Shown: piece after piece, positions 1 to 8,127 of the stretch | How the letters are laid out: every line of letters starts with the position of its first letter | Numbering within the stretch: the stretch's first letter is position 1 | From: Nostoc sp. PCC 7120 = FACHB-418 | Lineage (GTDB): Bacteria; Cyanobacteriota; Cyanobacteriia; Cyanobacteriales; Nostocaceae | Direction of reading: 5' to 3' | DNA: 32,000 nt | Assembly: GCF_000009705.1 (NCBI RefSeq) | Contig: NC_003276.1 | Span: forward strand, 210,001 to 242,000 | Position numbers and translations under genes: made by a program | Notes under the pieces: generated by a model | Databases searched by the model: none | Seen by the model: the letters and a program-made list of their open reading frames with translations, nothing else | What the model was told of the DNA's origin: nothing

Positions 1-273
1 GTTGGTGCGGAGATTGGGGCAATTGTCGAACGTGCCGCCGTCTTTACTTTCTGTCAAATGTTCAGTGAAGATGTTTTGTCAGTTAGTGAACTTCCACCGT
101 TAGAAATTACGCTCTCAGCATTGTTAACTGCAAGGCAGAACATGAATCCTCTGGCCATCCGTGAGGCTGACCGGGTTGAAAGTATGCGGAATAAAGCGGC
201 TTTGCAAGGTCAAGCATCTAGTCCGGTCGATTCATCTATATATAGTCTCGGCAATATCGATATTTTTGGATAA
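1..273 (+). CDS. 3' end of an ORF entering from upstream; hypothetical protein
   Basis: Frame 1 is open from nt 1 (VGAEIGAIVERAAVFTFCQ precedes the listed Met at 58) to the stop at 271-273. No motif recognised. Confidence 0.4.
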   Translation, partial: VGAEIGAIVERAAVFTFCQMFSEDVLSVSELPPLEITLSALLTARQNMNPLAIREADRVESMRNKAALQGQASSPVDSSIYSLGNIDIFG

Positions 274-275
274 TT

Positions 276-836
276 ATGCAAATTAAGATCATTAATTCCG
301 AGAAGGATTTATACGTTGCTGCTTTTAAGCTACTGAATATACTGGGGCCTGTCGCTGGAGTATCAATCATCATTGCTACTGTGGCGATCAGTTACGTCGA
401 AACTCGTCCCCAGCAGTTACCCCTCACTCACATCCTCACCCAAAACAACCAGACATTTAAGCTAGAAGTCGCCTCTACGCCAGAGCAATTAGAGAAGGGG
501 CTGAAATTTCGAGCATCCTTATCCAGAGATCGCGGAATGTTATTTAATCTGGGGGGCGAAATTTACAATGTACCTTTCTGGATGTACAAGGTAAATTTTC
601 CATTGGACATCTTTTACATCAAGGACAATGTGGTGACAACGGTGGTTTACAACGCCCAACCTTGTCACAAACTTCCATGCCCCATTTATAAAGGTCGGGT
701 GGACAATCAGGTGCTTGAGCTTCCAAACGGCGTTGCCAATATCAAGGTAGGGGATAGGCTCAAAATCCAGCCGTTATCAACTTTGCCCAAAAATGATATC
801 GGTTTTGATAGCGGCGATTCTTTGAGAAGTAAGTAG
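276..836 (+). CDS. DUF192-family protein with N-terminal membrane anchor
   Basis: FKLEVASTPEQLEKGLKFRASLSRDRGMLFNL...FWMYKVNFPLDIFYI matches the DUF192 signature (A.T...R..GLM.R..L....GMLF ... FWM.NT..PLD..F) as I remember it. A hydrophobic helix GPVAGVSIIIATVAISYV lies near the N-terminus. Confidence 0.8.
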   Translation: MQIKIINSEKDLYVAAFKLLNILGPVAGVSIIIATVAISYVETRPQQLPLTHILTQNNQTFKLEVASTPEQLEKGLKFRASLSRDRGMLFNLGGEIYNVPFWMYKVNFPLDIFYIKDNVVTTVVYNAQPCHKLPCPIYKGRVDNQVLELPNGVANIKVGDRLKIQPLSTLPKNDIGFDSGDSLRSK

Positions 837-859
837 ATTGTCAAAGTATTGCTATCTAT

Positions 860-1423
860 TTGATATCAGTGGTGCTGTCAGTGAATCAACTAATCATAAT
901 TTTCATACTAGCTCTGATTTTGGCTTGCTTGTTGTTGCTCGGAAGCAAGAAAAGCCGATATCTGCCAAAAAACATCAGGCATCAAAGACGGATTACAAAA
1001 GGTGAAGCTGTACTAGAGAGAATCAACAAAATCATTGCAGAACACCAAGAATCACTACCTGCTGTACTAGCATATCTCCGCAAGATAGATCCGCTTGTTT
1101 TTGAAGAATTGCTTCTGTCTAGTTTTCAGCGTCAGGGTTACAAAATAAAACGTAACCAACGTTACACCGGGGATGGTGGGATAGATGGTCATGTTTGGCT
1201 GCATGGTCAAATGTATCTGGTGCAAGCAAAACGTTATAAAGATTCTATTAAAGCCGAACATTTAGAGGAATTTGCTCAAGTTATTGTTCGTCACAAGGCG
1301 AGTGGTGGGTTCTTTGTTCACACTGGCACGACTCTGGCTAAGTCTAAATCTGTTTTGCAGCAGCATCCAGAAATCAAGTTGCTGAGTGGACAAAGGTTGG
1401 TGGATTTTCTTAGATGTTTATAG
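860..1423 (+). CDS. Membrane-anchored Mrr-cat (restriction endonuclease-like) domain protein
   Basis: N-terminal TM segment LIIIFILALILACLLLLG. FEELLLSSFQRQGYKIKRNQRYTGDGGIDGHVWLHGQMYLVQAKRY fits the Mrr_cat pattern FE.lv..ll...Gy.v......gDgGiDg......vQcKry. The start codon is TTG, so the exact start is uncertain. Confidence 0.75.
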   Translation: MISVVLSVNQLIIIFILALILACLLLLGSKKSRYLPKNIRHQRRITKGEAVLERINKIIAEHQESLPAVLAYLRKIDPLVFEELLLSSFQRQGYKIKRNQRYTGDGGIDGHVWLHGQMYLVQAKRYKDSIKAEHLEEFAQVIVRHKASGGFFVHTGTTLAKSKSVLQQHPEIKLLSGQRLVDFLRCL

Positions 1424-1524
1424 ATGTCCGTTGCTGACTCTATTAAAAACTAGCAGTAAAATGTATGTCAATTCAGATACGTAAATAAACAACTTGCTAC
1501 GTATAATCCTAACTTTAGTAGAAA

Positions 1525-1544
1525 TTTTACCAAAATAGGTAAAA
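1525..1544. repeat. Short inverted repeat TTTTACC-aaaata-GGTAAAA; candidate recombinase core-type site
   Basis: Two 7-bp arms with a 6-bp spacer, read directly. TTTACCA recurs at 1555-1561 and 1623-1629. The site lies about 290 bp upstream of the recombinase gene. Function is not established. Confidence 0.25.
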
Positions 1545-1820
1545 AAATTGATGTTTTACCAAACCCAATGTTAGATAAGGGTTTAGGAAAATATCTGAAA
1601 AAATAGTTTATGAAAATGGCACTTTACCAGAACTATTTTTCGCTTGTACAGTTGTGCGGGGATTGTGTGTTAATTGATAGTAGGCTTACTCAGATAAGGA
1701 AACACTTAGTCGAGTGATTGCCTACGGCAAGCGATTACGCCATCGCTACCAGTTGTCATCCAATTGGTGAGAGAATGAGGATCTGGGCTATCTGTTTTTA
1801 TCAGGTAGCTAGTACGGATC

Positions 1821-2780
1821 ATGAGAGAAGACACAACAAGGCAAATCGATTTAGTGTTGTCCACACCACTGCCGTTGACACTTCATCCGGCGGCAGTGTA
1901 TTTGTCGAGTTTGAGTCCTACTTCACGGCGGACAATGGAAAAGGCATTGAATGTAATTGCACGATTGCTAACTAGCAACCAATGCGATGCAATGTCCTTA
2001 GATTGGTCAAAATTACGCTACCAGCACACAGCAGCAATCAGAGCTATATTCATTGAGCAGTATTCCCCAGCAACAACTAATAGAATGCTTTGTGCCATGC
2101 GGCGAGTGCTAAAGGAAAGTTTACGCTTGGGGTTCATGAGCGCACAAGATTACCAGTATGCAATAGACCTCAAAAGTGTGCGTGGTGATTCAGGGTTGCC
2201 AGGAAGATTAATAAAGCCAGAAGAAATTACTTCCCTGTTACGTAATTGTCTCCAAGATAATGTGATTGGCATAAGAGATGCAGCACTTATAGGAATTTTA
2301 AGTAGTTGTGGATTGCGAAGGTCTGAGGCAGTAGCCCTAGAAATGAATGATTTTAACCGTGAAGATAATTTATTAACGGTGCGGCAGGGTAAAGGAGGAA
2401 AATCGCGCAGAGTCTACTTGCCTCCTGGGGTTGTTGGTATTTTGAATGATTGGTTGAAAATCAGGGGAAAATCGTCAGGAGCTTTAATTTGTCCAGTCAA
2501 GCGTGGTGGACACATTCATATTCAACATTTAACAGATCAAGCAGTCATGGCGATTTGTCAAAAACGTGCTGACAGCACCGGAATTAAACCTTTTAGTCCT
2601 CACGATTTTCGTCGGACATTTGTCACTAGGCTGTTGGAATCCGGCATTGATGTTCTGACAGTCAGCCAATTAGCAGGTCATGTGAATTTAGCTACCACTC
2701 AAAAGTATGACTTGCGTGGTGAAGCTGCAAAACGCAAAGCTGTTGAGTGTCTCAACTTCCTCTATGAAAATTTCTTTTAA
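1821..2780 (+). CDS. Tyrosine recombinase (phage-integrase / XerC-D family)
   Basis: Catalytic signature present in order: GLRRSEAVAL (Arg), GKGGKSRRVYL (Lys hairpin), HDFRRTF (His-x-x-Arg), AGHVNLATTQKYD (His ... Tyr nucleophile). Confidence 0.9.
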   Translation: MREDTTRQIDLVLSTPLPLTLHPAAVYLSSLSPTSRRTMEKALNVIARLLTSNQCDAMSLDWSKLRYQHTAAIRAIFIEQYSPATTNRMLCAMRRVLKESLRLGFMSAQDYQYAIDLKSVRGDSGLPGRLIKPEEITSLLRNCLQDNVIGIRDAALIGILSSCGLRRSEAVALEMNDFNREDNLLTVRQGKGGKSRRVYLPPGVVGILNDWLKIRGKSSGALICPVKRGGHIHIQHLTDQAVMAICQKRADSTGIKPFSPHDFRRTFVTRLLESGIDVLTVSQLAGHVNLATTQKYDLRGEAAKRKAVECLNFLYENFF

Positions 2781-3002
2781 TTTTTAAGTTGCTACTACCT
2801 TTCTTAAACTACAGTCTTTTATCATAAAATTACAAAAAATTCAATACCCCCTTTTTACATATACTGAGAGCATTTACAAAATATTTATACTATCAAAATG
2901 ATTTGAATGCAGTTTTTGCAAATATAACCCCTGCGGTTACAGGATTTACTTTATATATACGTAGAAATAATTAGTGATAAATATTATAGCAGTACCACAG
3001 TT

Positions 3003-3018
3003 CTGTTTTTTTCAGTAC
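3003..3018 (+). promoter_or_regulatory. 16-bp motif CTGTTTTTTTCAGTAC, candidate operator upstream of the T4SS operon
   Basis: Identical 16-mer at 25333-25348. TTGACTT (-35-like) follows at 3040-3046. The motif lies 80 bp upstream of the ATG at 3098. CAGTACC half-sites recur at 2990-2996 and 3013-3019, with the related GAGTACC at 3021-3027. Confidence 0.4.
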
Positions 3019-3097
3019 CAGAGTACCTCGATTTTGAGGTTGACTTATTAAAGAATGTGCGTATTCCTCATTAAATCGTTCAGGAGAACGAAACCAG

Positions 3098-3703
3098 ATG
3101 CGTACTTCTTACGGATATTCAGATTTTACTCAAGCAGCAACCCTTTCATATTCACCTAAAAATGAGATAGGTAAAAAAGGCACACTTTCACTCATGGGTG
3201 TAACGGGTGTGCTGATGATTGCAGAGATGTCCGTCCACAATATATTGATGGGTGGATTTATGATTGGGGCAGCTATCGTCATTGCCTTGCCGAAACAGTC
3301 TCAAGCGTTATTCACTAATTTTGACAAACTACAAAGAAAGTATGGAGTTAATCTCTATGCTGTTTTGTTTGCATTGTTAGCAGTGGTTTGTGTACTAGAT
3401 TTTGCATCTGCTCCAGCTAATGCTCAGTTTTTTAATGGCGCTCAAACTTGGATGAAAACCGCTTTTAGCCGTGCAGGAGGTGGAGGTACTGGAAACCAAA
3501 TAGAAACAGTTATTAATTTATTTTTCAATGTATTAAGAGGGTTATTCCTTTTATATGTTGGTATTAGTTTAGTTCGCATCATTCAAGCAGCCCGAAATGA
3601 TGAAGATTGGCAGTCGCTAGCAAGAACTCCATTAATTATAGTTTTGGCTGTTTTTTGTGGCGATTTAATTACTACATTAATTGTAGGAACAACTACACCT
3701 TAG
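3098..3703 (+). CDS. Polytopic membrane protein; C-terminal half resembles a VirB2/TrbC-type pilin precursor
   Basis: AGGAG at 3081-3085 precedes the ATG. An internal signal-peptide-like stretch LYAVLFALLAVVCVLDFASAPANA-QF is followed by about 92 aa with two hydrophobic helices flanking a charged loop (AARNDEDWQSLAR). It is the first gene of the T4SS operon. Confidence 0.5.
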   Translation: MRTSYGYSDFTQAATLSYSPKNEIGKKGTLSLMGVTGVLMIAEMSVHNILMGGFMIGAAIVIALPKQSQALFTNFDKLQRKYGVNLYAVLFALLAVVCVLDFASAPANAQFFNGAQTWMKTAFSRAGGGGTGNQIETVINLFFNVLRGLFLLYVGISLVRIIQAARNDEDWQSLARTPLIIVLAVFCGDLITTLIVGTTTP

Positions 3704-3719
3704 TACAAGAAAAGGGGAG

Positions 3720-4190
3720 GATTTTTATGTATATTTTCTCCCCATCAGCCCGGATTAAGTCTCTATTTAATAACTTTTTTGAGTCAAGTCGCTGCTCTAC
3801 GTTCGCGGAAGCGTGTCGAAGACAGACGCTACGTGTTAAGCGTCGGCGCAGCCTCTCCGACAGGAGAAGCTATGCCGCAGGCTTTACGCTCCAATTCAAA
3901 ATTATTTCCATTCTTCCTAACAGAATTTTGCATTTTGCGTTCAAAAAAGGTCAACTCGCTTCGCTCCAATTCAAAATTAAAAATTCAAAATTCAAAATTA
4001 AAGACAATTACTGGGGGCTTGTACCCACCACTAATTGTAGCCTGCGGCAACCCGTTCGCGCAGCGTCTCCGACAGGAGAAGGGTAGACCACCAAATCGGA
4101 GATTTTGGTGGGGGCTTGTACCCAAAATTATTAAATTCAAAAAAATTCTTATTCTTCATTTTGAATTTTGCATTTTGCATTTTGAATTAA
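3720..4190. repeat. Nest of dispersed direct and inverted repeats (Nostoc-type intergenic repeat cluster)
   Basis: Direct repeats: GCGCAGC(C/G)TCTCCGACAGGAGAAG at 3846-3869 and 4058-4081; TGGGGGCTTGTACCCA at 4012-4027 and 4109-4124; CGCTCCAATTCAAAATTA at 3887-3904 and 3962-3979; GAATTTTGCATTTTGC at 3923-3938 and 4163-4178. Hairpin CCACCAAA/TTTGGTGG at 4088-4111. The AATTCAAAATT runs (3968-4002) are inverted relative to the ATTTTGAATTTTG runs (4158-4190). Confidence 0.8.
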
Positions 4191-4193
4191 AAA

Positions 4194-4502
4194 ATGGTCA
4201 AGATGTCACAACAACGCTCTTTTCGCACGGTTAACAGAATTTTAGGAGAAAGACCAAGATTAGGGCCATTTCCCGCCGACCAAATATTTCCTTGGACATT
4301 GATAGCAGTAGGAAATGTCTTCCTGTTCAATTATTTACTTAAAGCAAGTTGGTTAGCTACTGGATTGGCGATCGCATGGGGATGGGCCTCTTGGTGGACG
4401 ATATCTACAAATAAAGATTTTTTCGGCAAATTTGTTAGCACTCCACGAATTAGCCGGGGATATATGAGACACAAACCAATTCGCAATTCTGAAGAACCTT
4501 AA
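4194..4502 (+). CDS. Small two-TM protein, VirB3-like by size, topology and position
   Basis: 102 aa with two hydrophobic helices (FPWTLIAVGNVFLFNYLL and WLATGLAIAWGWASWWTI), located immediately upstream of the VirB4-like ATPase. Confidence 0.5.
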   Translation: MVKMSQQRSFRTVNRILGERPRLGPFPADQIFPWTLIAVGNVFLFNYLLKASWLATGLAIAWGWASWWTISTNKDFFGKFVSTPRISRGYMRHKPIRNSEEP

Positions 4503-4523
4503 ATTTCAGTTATTAATAAAGTT

Positions 4524-7343
4524 ATGCCAAAGTCTTCTAAAAATTTGAAAGATAAACTAGGGAAAGGTAAGTTAGAAAATGAGCAGATTAACGTTGTTAA
4601 AATGCTCACTCCTTTTGAAGATATTATCCATTTGGCAGGGATATGTGACATAAGCTTAGGAGGGAGACAAGGGATAGGTGCATTAATTCTGAAAAAAGAT
4701 GAGAGTATTCAAATTAAATTCTGCTTTGATTGCTTGGGGGTGCATCCTAATTTACCAACAGAGCAAATGTTAGCTATTTTTGAGGGGATAGAAGCGGGAC
4801 TAAAAGAAATCCCAGAAGGTGAAAGCTTAACAATACATTTAGGTTCGTTTACCTCAGACTACAGCAGACAACAAGAATTATCGCTCTTAGAATCCAATTG
4901 CTCTATTGACCAGTTAAAACTATTAAGTCGTAGTGAAAGATTAAGAACTAAAGAACTAACGCAAAGTGGGATTAGAAAGAACAAGTTTCTGAGACTATGG
5001 TGTACTTATACTGTGGTGGCTGACGATGAACGGAAGAGTGATTTTATAGAATCTATTATTAGAAAATTAGAGAAGGGATGGTTTAGCTTTACAGGCGAAA
5101 TTCATGCCATAAATAATACGCGGATTGAGAATATTCTCCAAAATTCATTCAATGATGGATTTTTGCAGTGGTCAGCTATCTTGGGGAATAAGATGAAATT
5201 GGGAATTAGAGTTCTCAGTGTTGATGAAATGTGGTCAGTTATTTGGCAGCAATTTAATCACTCTACTCCTCCAACAATTCCTAACCCTTTAAAAATCGAC
5301 TCTGTAGAGGGACTAGTAGAAACTCAAACCAGTGATTTCCACATCAGGCATCAGATGTTGGAGAACGAGGAGTCTGTACCATTTTTCGACAGGAAATGGG
5401 TAAAAATCCAAAATAAATATATTGGGGCGCTCAATTTCAGTCAAAAACCGGGGGGCTGGTATGACGAACAAGCACAACTACGCTATTTGTGGGAGTTAAT
5501 TTCTAGGGATAGCATATATGATACAGAAATCGTTTGTCAGTTAACAAAGGCAAACCAAACTATCTCAAAAACCAACCTACAACGCATTACTAAACAGTCA
5601 ATCACTAGCACTTCTTTATCTACAGAGAAAGGAAATATTGATGTTAAATCAGGCATGAATATTGAGGAAGCGGTGGAGGCACAGAAGACGATATATAAAG
5701 GTAGTGTTGTTGTACATAGTGCAGTGGCTTTTCTCGTTCACCGCAAGACGACTAAAGAATTAGATGAGGCTTGCCGATATCTAGCTAGTTATTTTCTACG
5801 TCCGGCGGTAGTTGATAGGGAAGTTGAGTGTGCCTGGAAGATATGGTTGCAGTGTTGTCCCTTCGTGTGGGAGCCACTGTTAACTAAGCCATTCAACCGC
5901 CGACTACCTTACTTTAGTTCGGAAGCGCCGGGGTTAATGCCATTGATTAGAACTGCCACAGGCGATCGCACTGGATTTGAGTTAATAGCAGAAGAAGGCG
6001 GCACACCTGTACACCTGGACTTATACCAAAACCACAAGAATCTGGCTGTGTTTGGTGCAACTCGTTCAGGTAAATCTGTGTTAGTCGCGGGGATATTAAC
6101 CCCAGCCCTAGCACAAGATATTCCGGTAGTCGCACTAGACTATCCTAAACCAGACGGTACTTCTACTTTCACCGACTACACCAATCTACTGGGTGAAGAT
6201 GGAGCATACTTTGACATCTCCAAAGAGTCAAACAATCTTTTTGAGCTTCCTGATTTGCGCTCTTTAGATGCAGAACTAAGAAATGAGCGATTGAACGATT
6301 TCAAAGAATTTCTTAAATCAGTGCTGATGACAATGGTGATCGGCACAAGCATGATTGGTGTTAGCCCCTCAATGATCACTAATATTGAATCAATCATTGC
6401 GTTAACATTAAAAACGTTTTTTAATGATGACGAAATTAAATTGCGGTACAAACTAGCGATAATTCAGGGGTTTGGGAGTAAGGAATGGAGCGAGACTCCC
6501 ACTCTTAAAGACTTTTATAATTTTTGTTCTCCCGCATTTATACAATTAGATTCTATTGCTAGTCATAGTCAAGAAATTTCCGAAGCCTTGCAGCAAATCA
6601 GGCTGAGAATAAATTATTGGTTAAATACCAGGGTTGGGCAATCAATATCACGCCCATCCAGCTTTAGAACTAATGCCAAATTATTGGTTTTTGCTTTACG
6701 TAATTTATCAAGTGAGGCTGATGCAGCGATACTTGCTCTTAGTGCTTATGCGGCAGCTTTACGTCGCGCACTCTCATCAAAAGCTTCGATATTCTTTCTT
6801 GATGAAGCGCCAATTTTATTTCAATTTGACGCGATCGCTGACCTAATTGGGCGATTGTGTGCCAACGGTGCTAAATCTGGTATTCGCGTTATACTTTCGG
6901 CTCAAGAAGCTGAGACTATATACCAAACTAAAGCGGCACAGAAGATATTTAGCAATATCACTACTCGCTTAGTAGGCAGGATTCAATCATCGGCTGTTGA
7001 TCCGTTTATTGTTCGCTTTAAATATCCCACCGAAATTATTAGGGTCAACAGCACGGAAGCTTTTTATCCGAAAAAGGAGGGAATTTATTCTAATTGGCTC
7101 TTAGATGATAATGGCAAACTCACATTCTGTAGATACTATCCGGCTTACTGTTTATTAGCTTCCGTTGCTAATAATCCCAATGAGCAGGAATTACGCAGTT
7201 TGTTTCTCAAAGAATACAAAGATAATCCTCTACTTGGTTTAGTCAAGTTTTCGGAGGATTATATCAAGATGATTAGAGGGGAAGAATTATCCCAATTAGC
7301 TAAAACTTTGCTCTCAAATTTACATTCAAAGCAGGTAGCGTAA
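4524..7343 (+). CDS. virB4: VirB4/TrbE/TraC-family T4SS ATPase
   Basis: 939 aa. Walker A GATRSGKS (nt 6054-6077) and Walker B FFLDEAP (nt 6792-6812). Size and operon context are typical of VirB4. Confidence 0.88.
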   Translation: MPKSSKNLKDKLGKGKLENEQINVVKMLTPFEDIIHLAGICDISLGGRQGIGALILKKDESIQIKFCFDCLGVHPNLPTEQMLAIFEGIEAGLKEIPEGESLTIHLGSFTSDYSRQQELSLLESNCSIDQLKLLSRSERLRTKELTQSGIRKNKFLRLWCTYTVVADDERKSDFIESIIRKLEKGWFSFTGEIHAINNTRIENILQNSFNDGFLQWSAILGNKMKLGIRVLSVDEMWSVIWQQFNHSTPPTIPNPLKIDSVEGLVETQTSDFHIRHQMLENEESVPFFDRKWVKIQNKYIGALNFSQKPGGWYDEQAQLRYLWELISRDSIYDTEIVCQLTKANQTISKTNLQRITKQSITSTSLSTEKGNIDVKSGMNIEEAVEAQKTIYKGSVVVHSAVAFLVHRKTTKELDEACRYLASYFLRPAVVDREVECAWKIWLQCCPFVWEPLLTKPFNRRLPYFSSEAPGLMPLIRTATGDRTGFELIAEEGGTPVHLDLYQNHKNLAVFGATRSGKSVLVAGILTPALAQDIPVVALDYPKPDGTSTFTDYTNLLGEDGAYFDISKESNNLFELPDLRSLDAELRNERLNDFKEFLKSVLMTMVIGTSMIGVSPSMITNIESIIALTLKTFFNDDEIKLRYKLAIIQGFGSKEWSETPTLKDFYNFCSPAFIQLDSIASHSQEISEALQQIRLRINYWLNTRVGQSISRPSSFRTNAKLLVFALRNLSSEADAAILALSAYAAALRRALSSKASIFFLDEAPILFQFDAIADLIGRLCANGAKSGIRVILSAQEAETIYQTKAAQKIFSNITTRLVGRIQSSAVDPFIVRFKYPTEIIRVNSTEAFYPKKEGIYSNWLLDDNGKLTFCRYYPAYCLLASVANNPNEQELRSLFLKEYKDNPLLGLVKFSEDYIKMIRGEELSQLAKTLLSNLHSKQVA

Positions 7344-7346
7344 GTC

Positions 7347-8063
7347 ATGAAACCAATCTTGAAGAAACTAACTATTAGTGCAATAGCTTCTGCTACTTTT
7401 GGCAGTTTATTTATTGCTGCACCTAGTTATGGCATCAGCATTAATGATTTTTTTAGTTCCATTGTCTCAGATTTCCAAACTGAGATTTCCAAAATCCAAA
7501 ATGATGCTAAGGAGAAAATTAATATCAGTTGGGCAGGGATTAAAACAGATGCTATCGCCGCAATTGATAGTTCTATCGGACAATTGGGTGCGCCTGATCC
7601 GATTGCTTCGGCTGATAAGTTAAAGGATTCGCTTAAGGATGATTATTCTTATCCTGTCGCTCAAGAGAATGCACAAGAACTAGAGCGTCAACTAACTCTG
7701 GCTTCTGTCAGTAGTGTTGTTAGCAAAGACGGACAACAACAAACTCAAGAAAAAATTGATACTACTGCACAAATCGCCCAGCAAGCGAAAAGTATTGCTG
7801 ATGAGGCTCAGAATATGGATGCCTCTCAAAATGTACTTAAAGCGATCGCTGCTCAGAATGCTTTAGTTGTCTCAATGCTGGCACAGCAACGTACTGATTC
7901 TTTATCTGCCCGACAGGACAGTGCTTACTCTAACCTGATGCTGACACAAGTAGCAGAACACCTTGATTCTCAACGGAAAAAGGAGAACTCCGAAGAAGAT
8001 GGCAGGTTATCTTTAGTGCATGAAGTCATACTTAATGCACGTTTAGATCCTACTTTTAAGTAA
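7347..8063 (+). CDS. Secreted helical protein (VirB5-like position; function uncertain)
   Basis: Signal peptide MKPILKKLTISAIASATFGSLFIAAPSYG. The remainder is Ala/Gln/Ser-rich and looks helical. It is 238 aa and lies between the VirB4-like and VirB6-like genes. Confidence 0.55.
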   Translation: MKPILKKLTISAIASATFGSLFIAAPSYGISINDFFSSIVSDFQTEISKIQNDAKEKINISWAGIKTDAIAAIDSSIGQLGAPDPIASADKLKDSLKDDYSYPVAQENAQELERQLTLASVSSVVSKDGQQQTQEKIDTTAQIAQQAKSIADEAQNMDASQNVLKAIAAQNALVVSMLAQQRTDSLSARQDSAYSNLMLTQVAEHLDSQRKKENSEEDGRLSLVHEVILNARLDPTFK

Positions 8064-8072
8064 GAGTTATGG

Positions 8073-8111
8073 GTGCGCGAATGTAAAAAGTTGTTATTAT
8101 CATTCGCGCAC
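8073..8111 (+). terminator. Perfect 11-bp stem-loop immediately after the stop of the 7347-8063 gene (attenuator or mRNA-stabilising hairpin)
   Basis: GTGCGCGAATG (8073-8083) pairs with CATTCGCGCAC (8101-8111) across a 17-nt loop. There is no clear U-tract, so it is not a canonical intrinsic terminator. Confidence 0.4.
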
Positions 8112-8127
8112 TATATCTACTGCAATT

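Noticed and set aside
58-120. Similarity between the left-edge ORF (MFSEDVLSVSE) and the C-terminus of the Rep protein (LLSEDVLPMEF), with 15 of 18 nt matching (AGTGARGATGTTTTGYC)
   Set aside because: The match is too short to establish homology and the flanking residues do not align convincingly. It is noted only as a hint that the upstream gene might be another CyRepA/DUF3854-type paralog. Sequence to the left of the window would be needed to test this.
1718-1975. 85-aa ORF overlapping the 5' end of the recombinase gene
   Set aside because: It overlaps a CDS with unambiguous tyrosine-recombinase motifs in another frame. It has no motif of its own and no clear ribosome-binding site.
1477-2963. 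ATACGTA / TACGTAT heptamers at 1477-1483, 1498-1504 and 2957-2963, considered as att-like repeats flanking the recombinase gene
   Set aside because: 7-mers of this composition are expected by chance in AT-rich intergenic DNA, and no longer flanking identity exists.
3720-4190. Possible CRISPR array because of multiple short repeats
   Set aside because: The repeats belong to several different families, each present only twice. They are irregularly spaced and partly inverted. There is no repeat-spacer periodicity and no cas gene.
3607-4234. Two overlapping ORFs (159 aa and 151 aa) across the repeat nest
   Set aside because: Their sequences (RSLSDRRS, AASPTGEA, FKIKNSKFKIK) are translations of the dispersed repeats and AT-rich runs. 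They overlap each other and the end of the 3098-3703 gene, and are most likely not coding.
5947-6846. Antisense and out-of-frame ORFs inside the VirB4 gene. Similar short ORFs lie inside other large genes, for example 8628-8855, 10235-10859, 14381-15196, 17590-17913, 18231-18927 and 27869-31154.
   Set aside because: All lie within long ORFs that carry strong motifs. They are short, lack motifs and are expected by chance in long genes.
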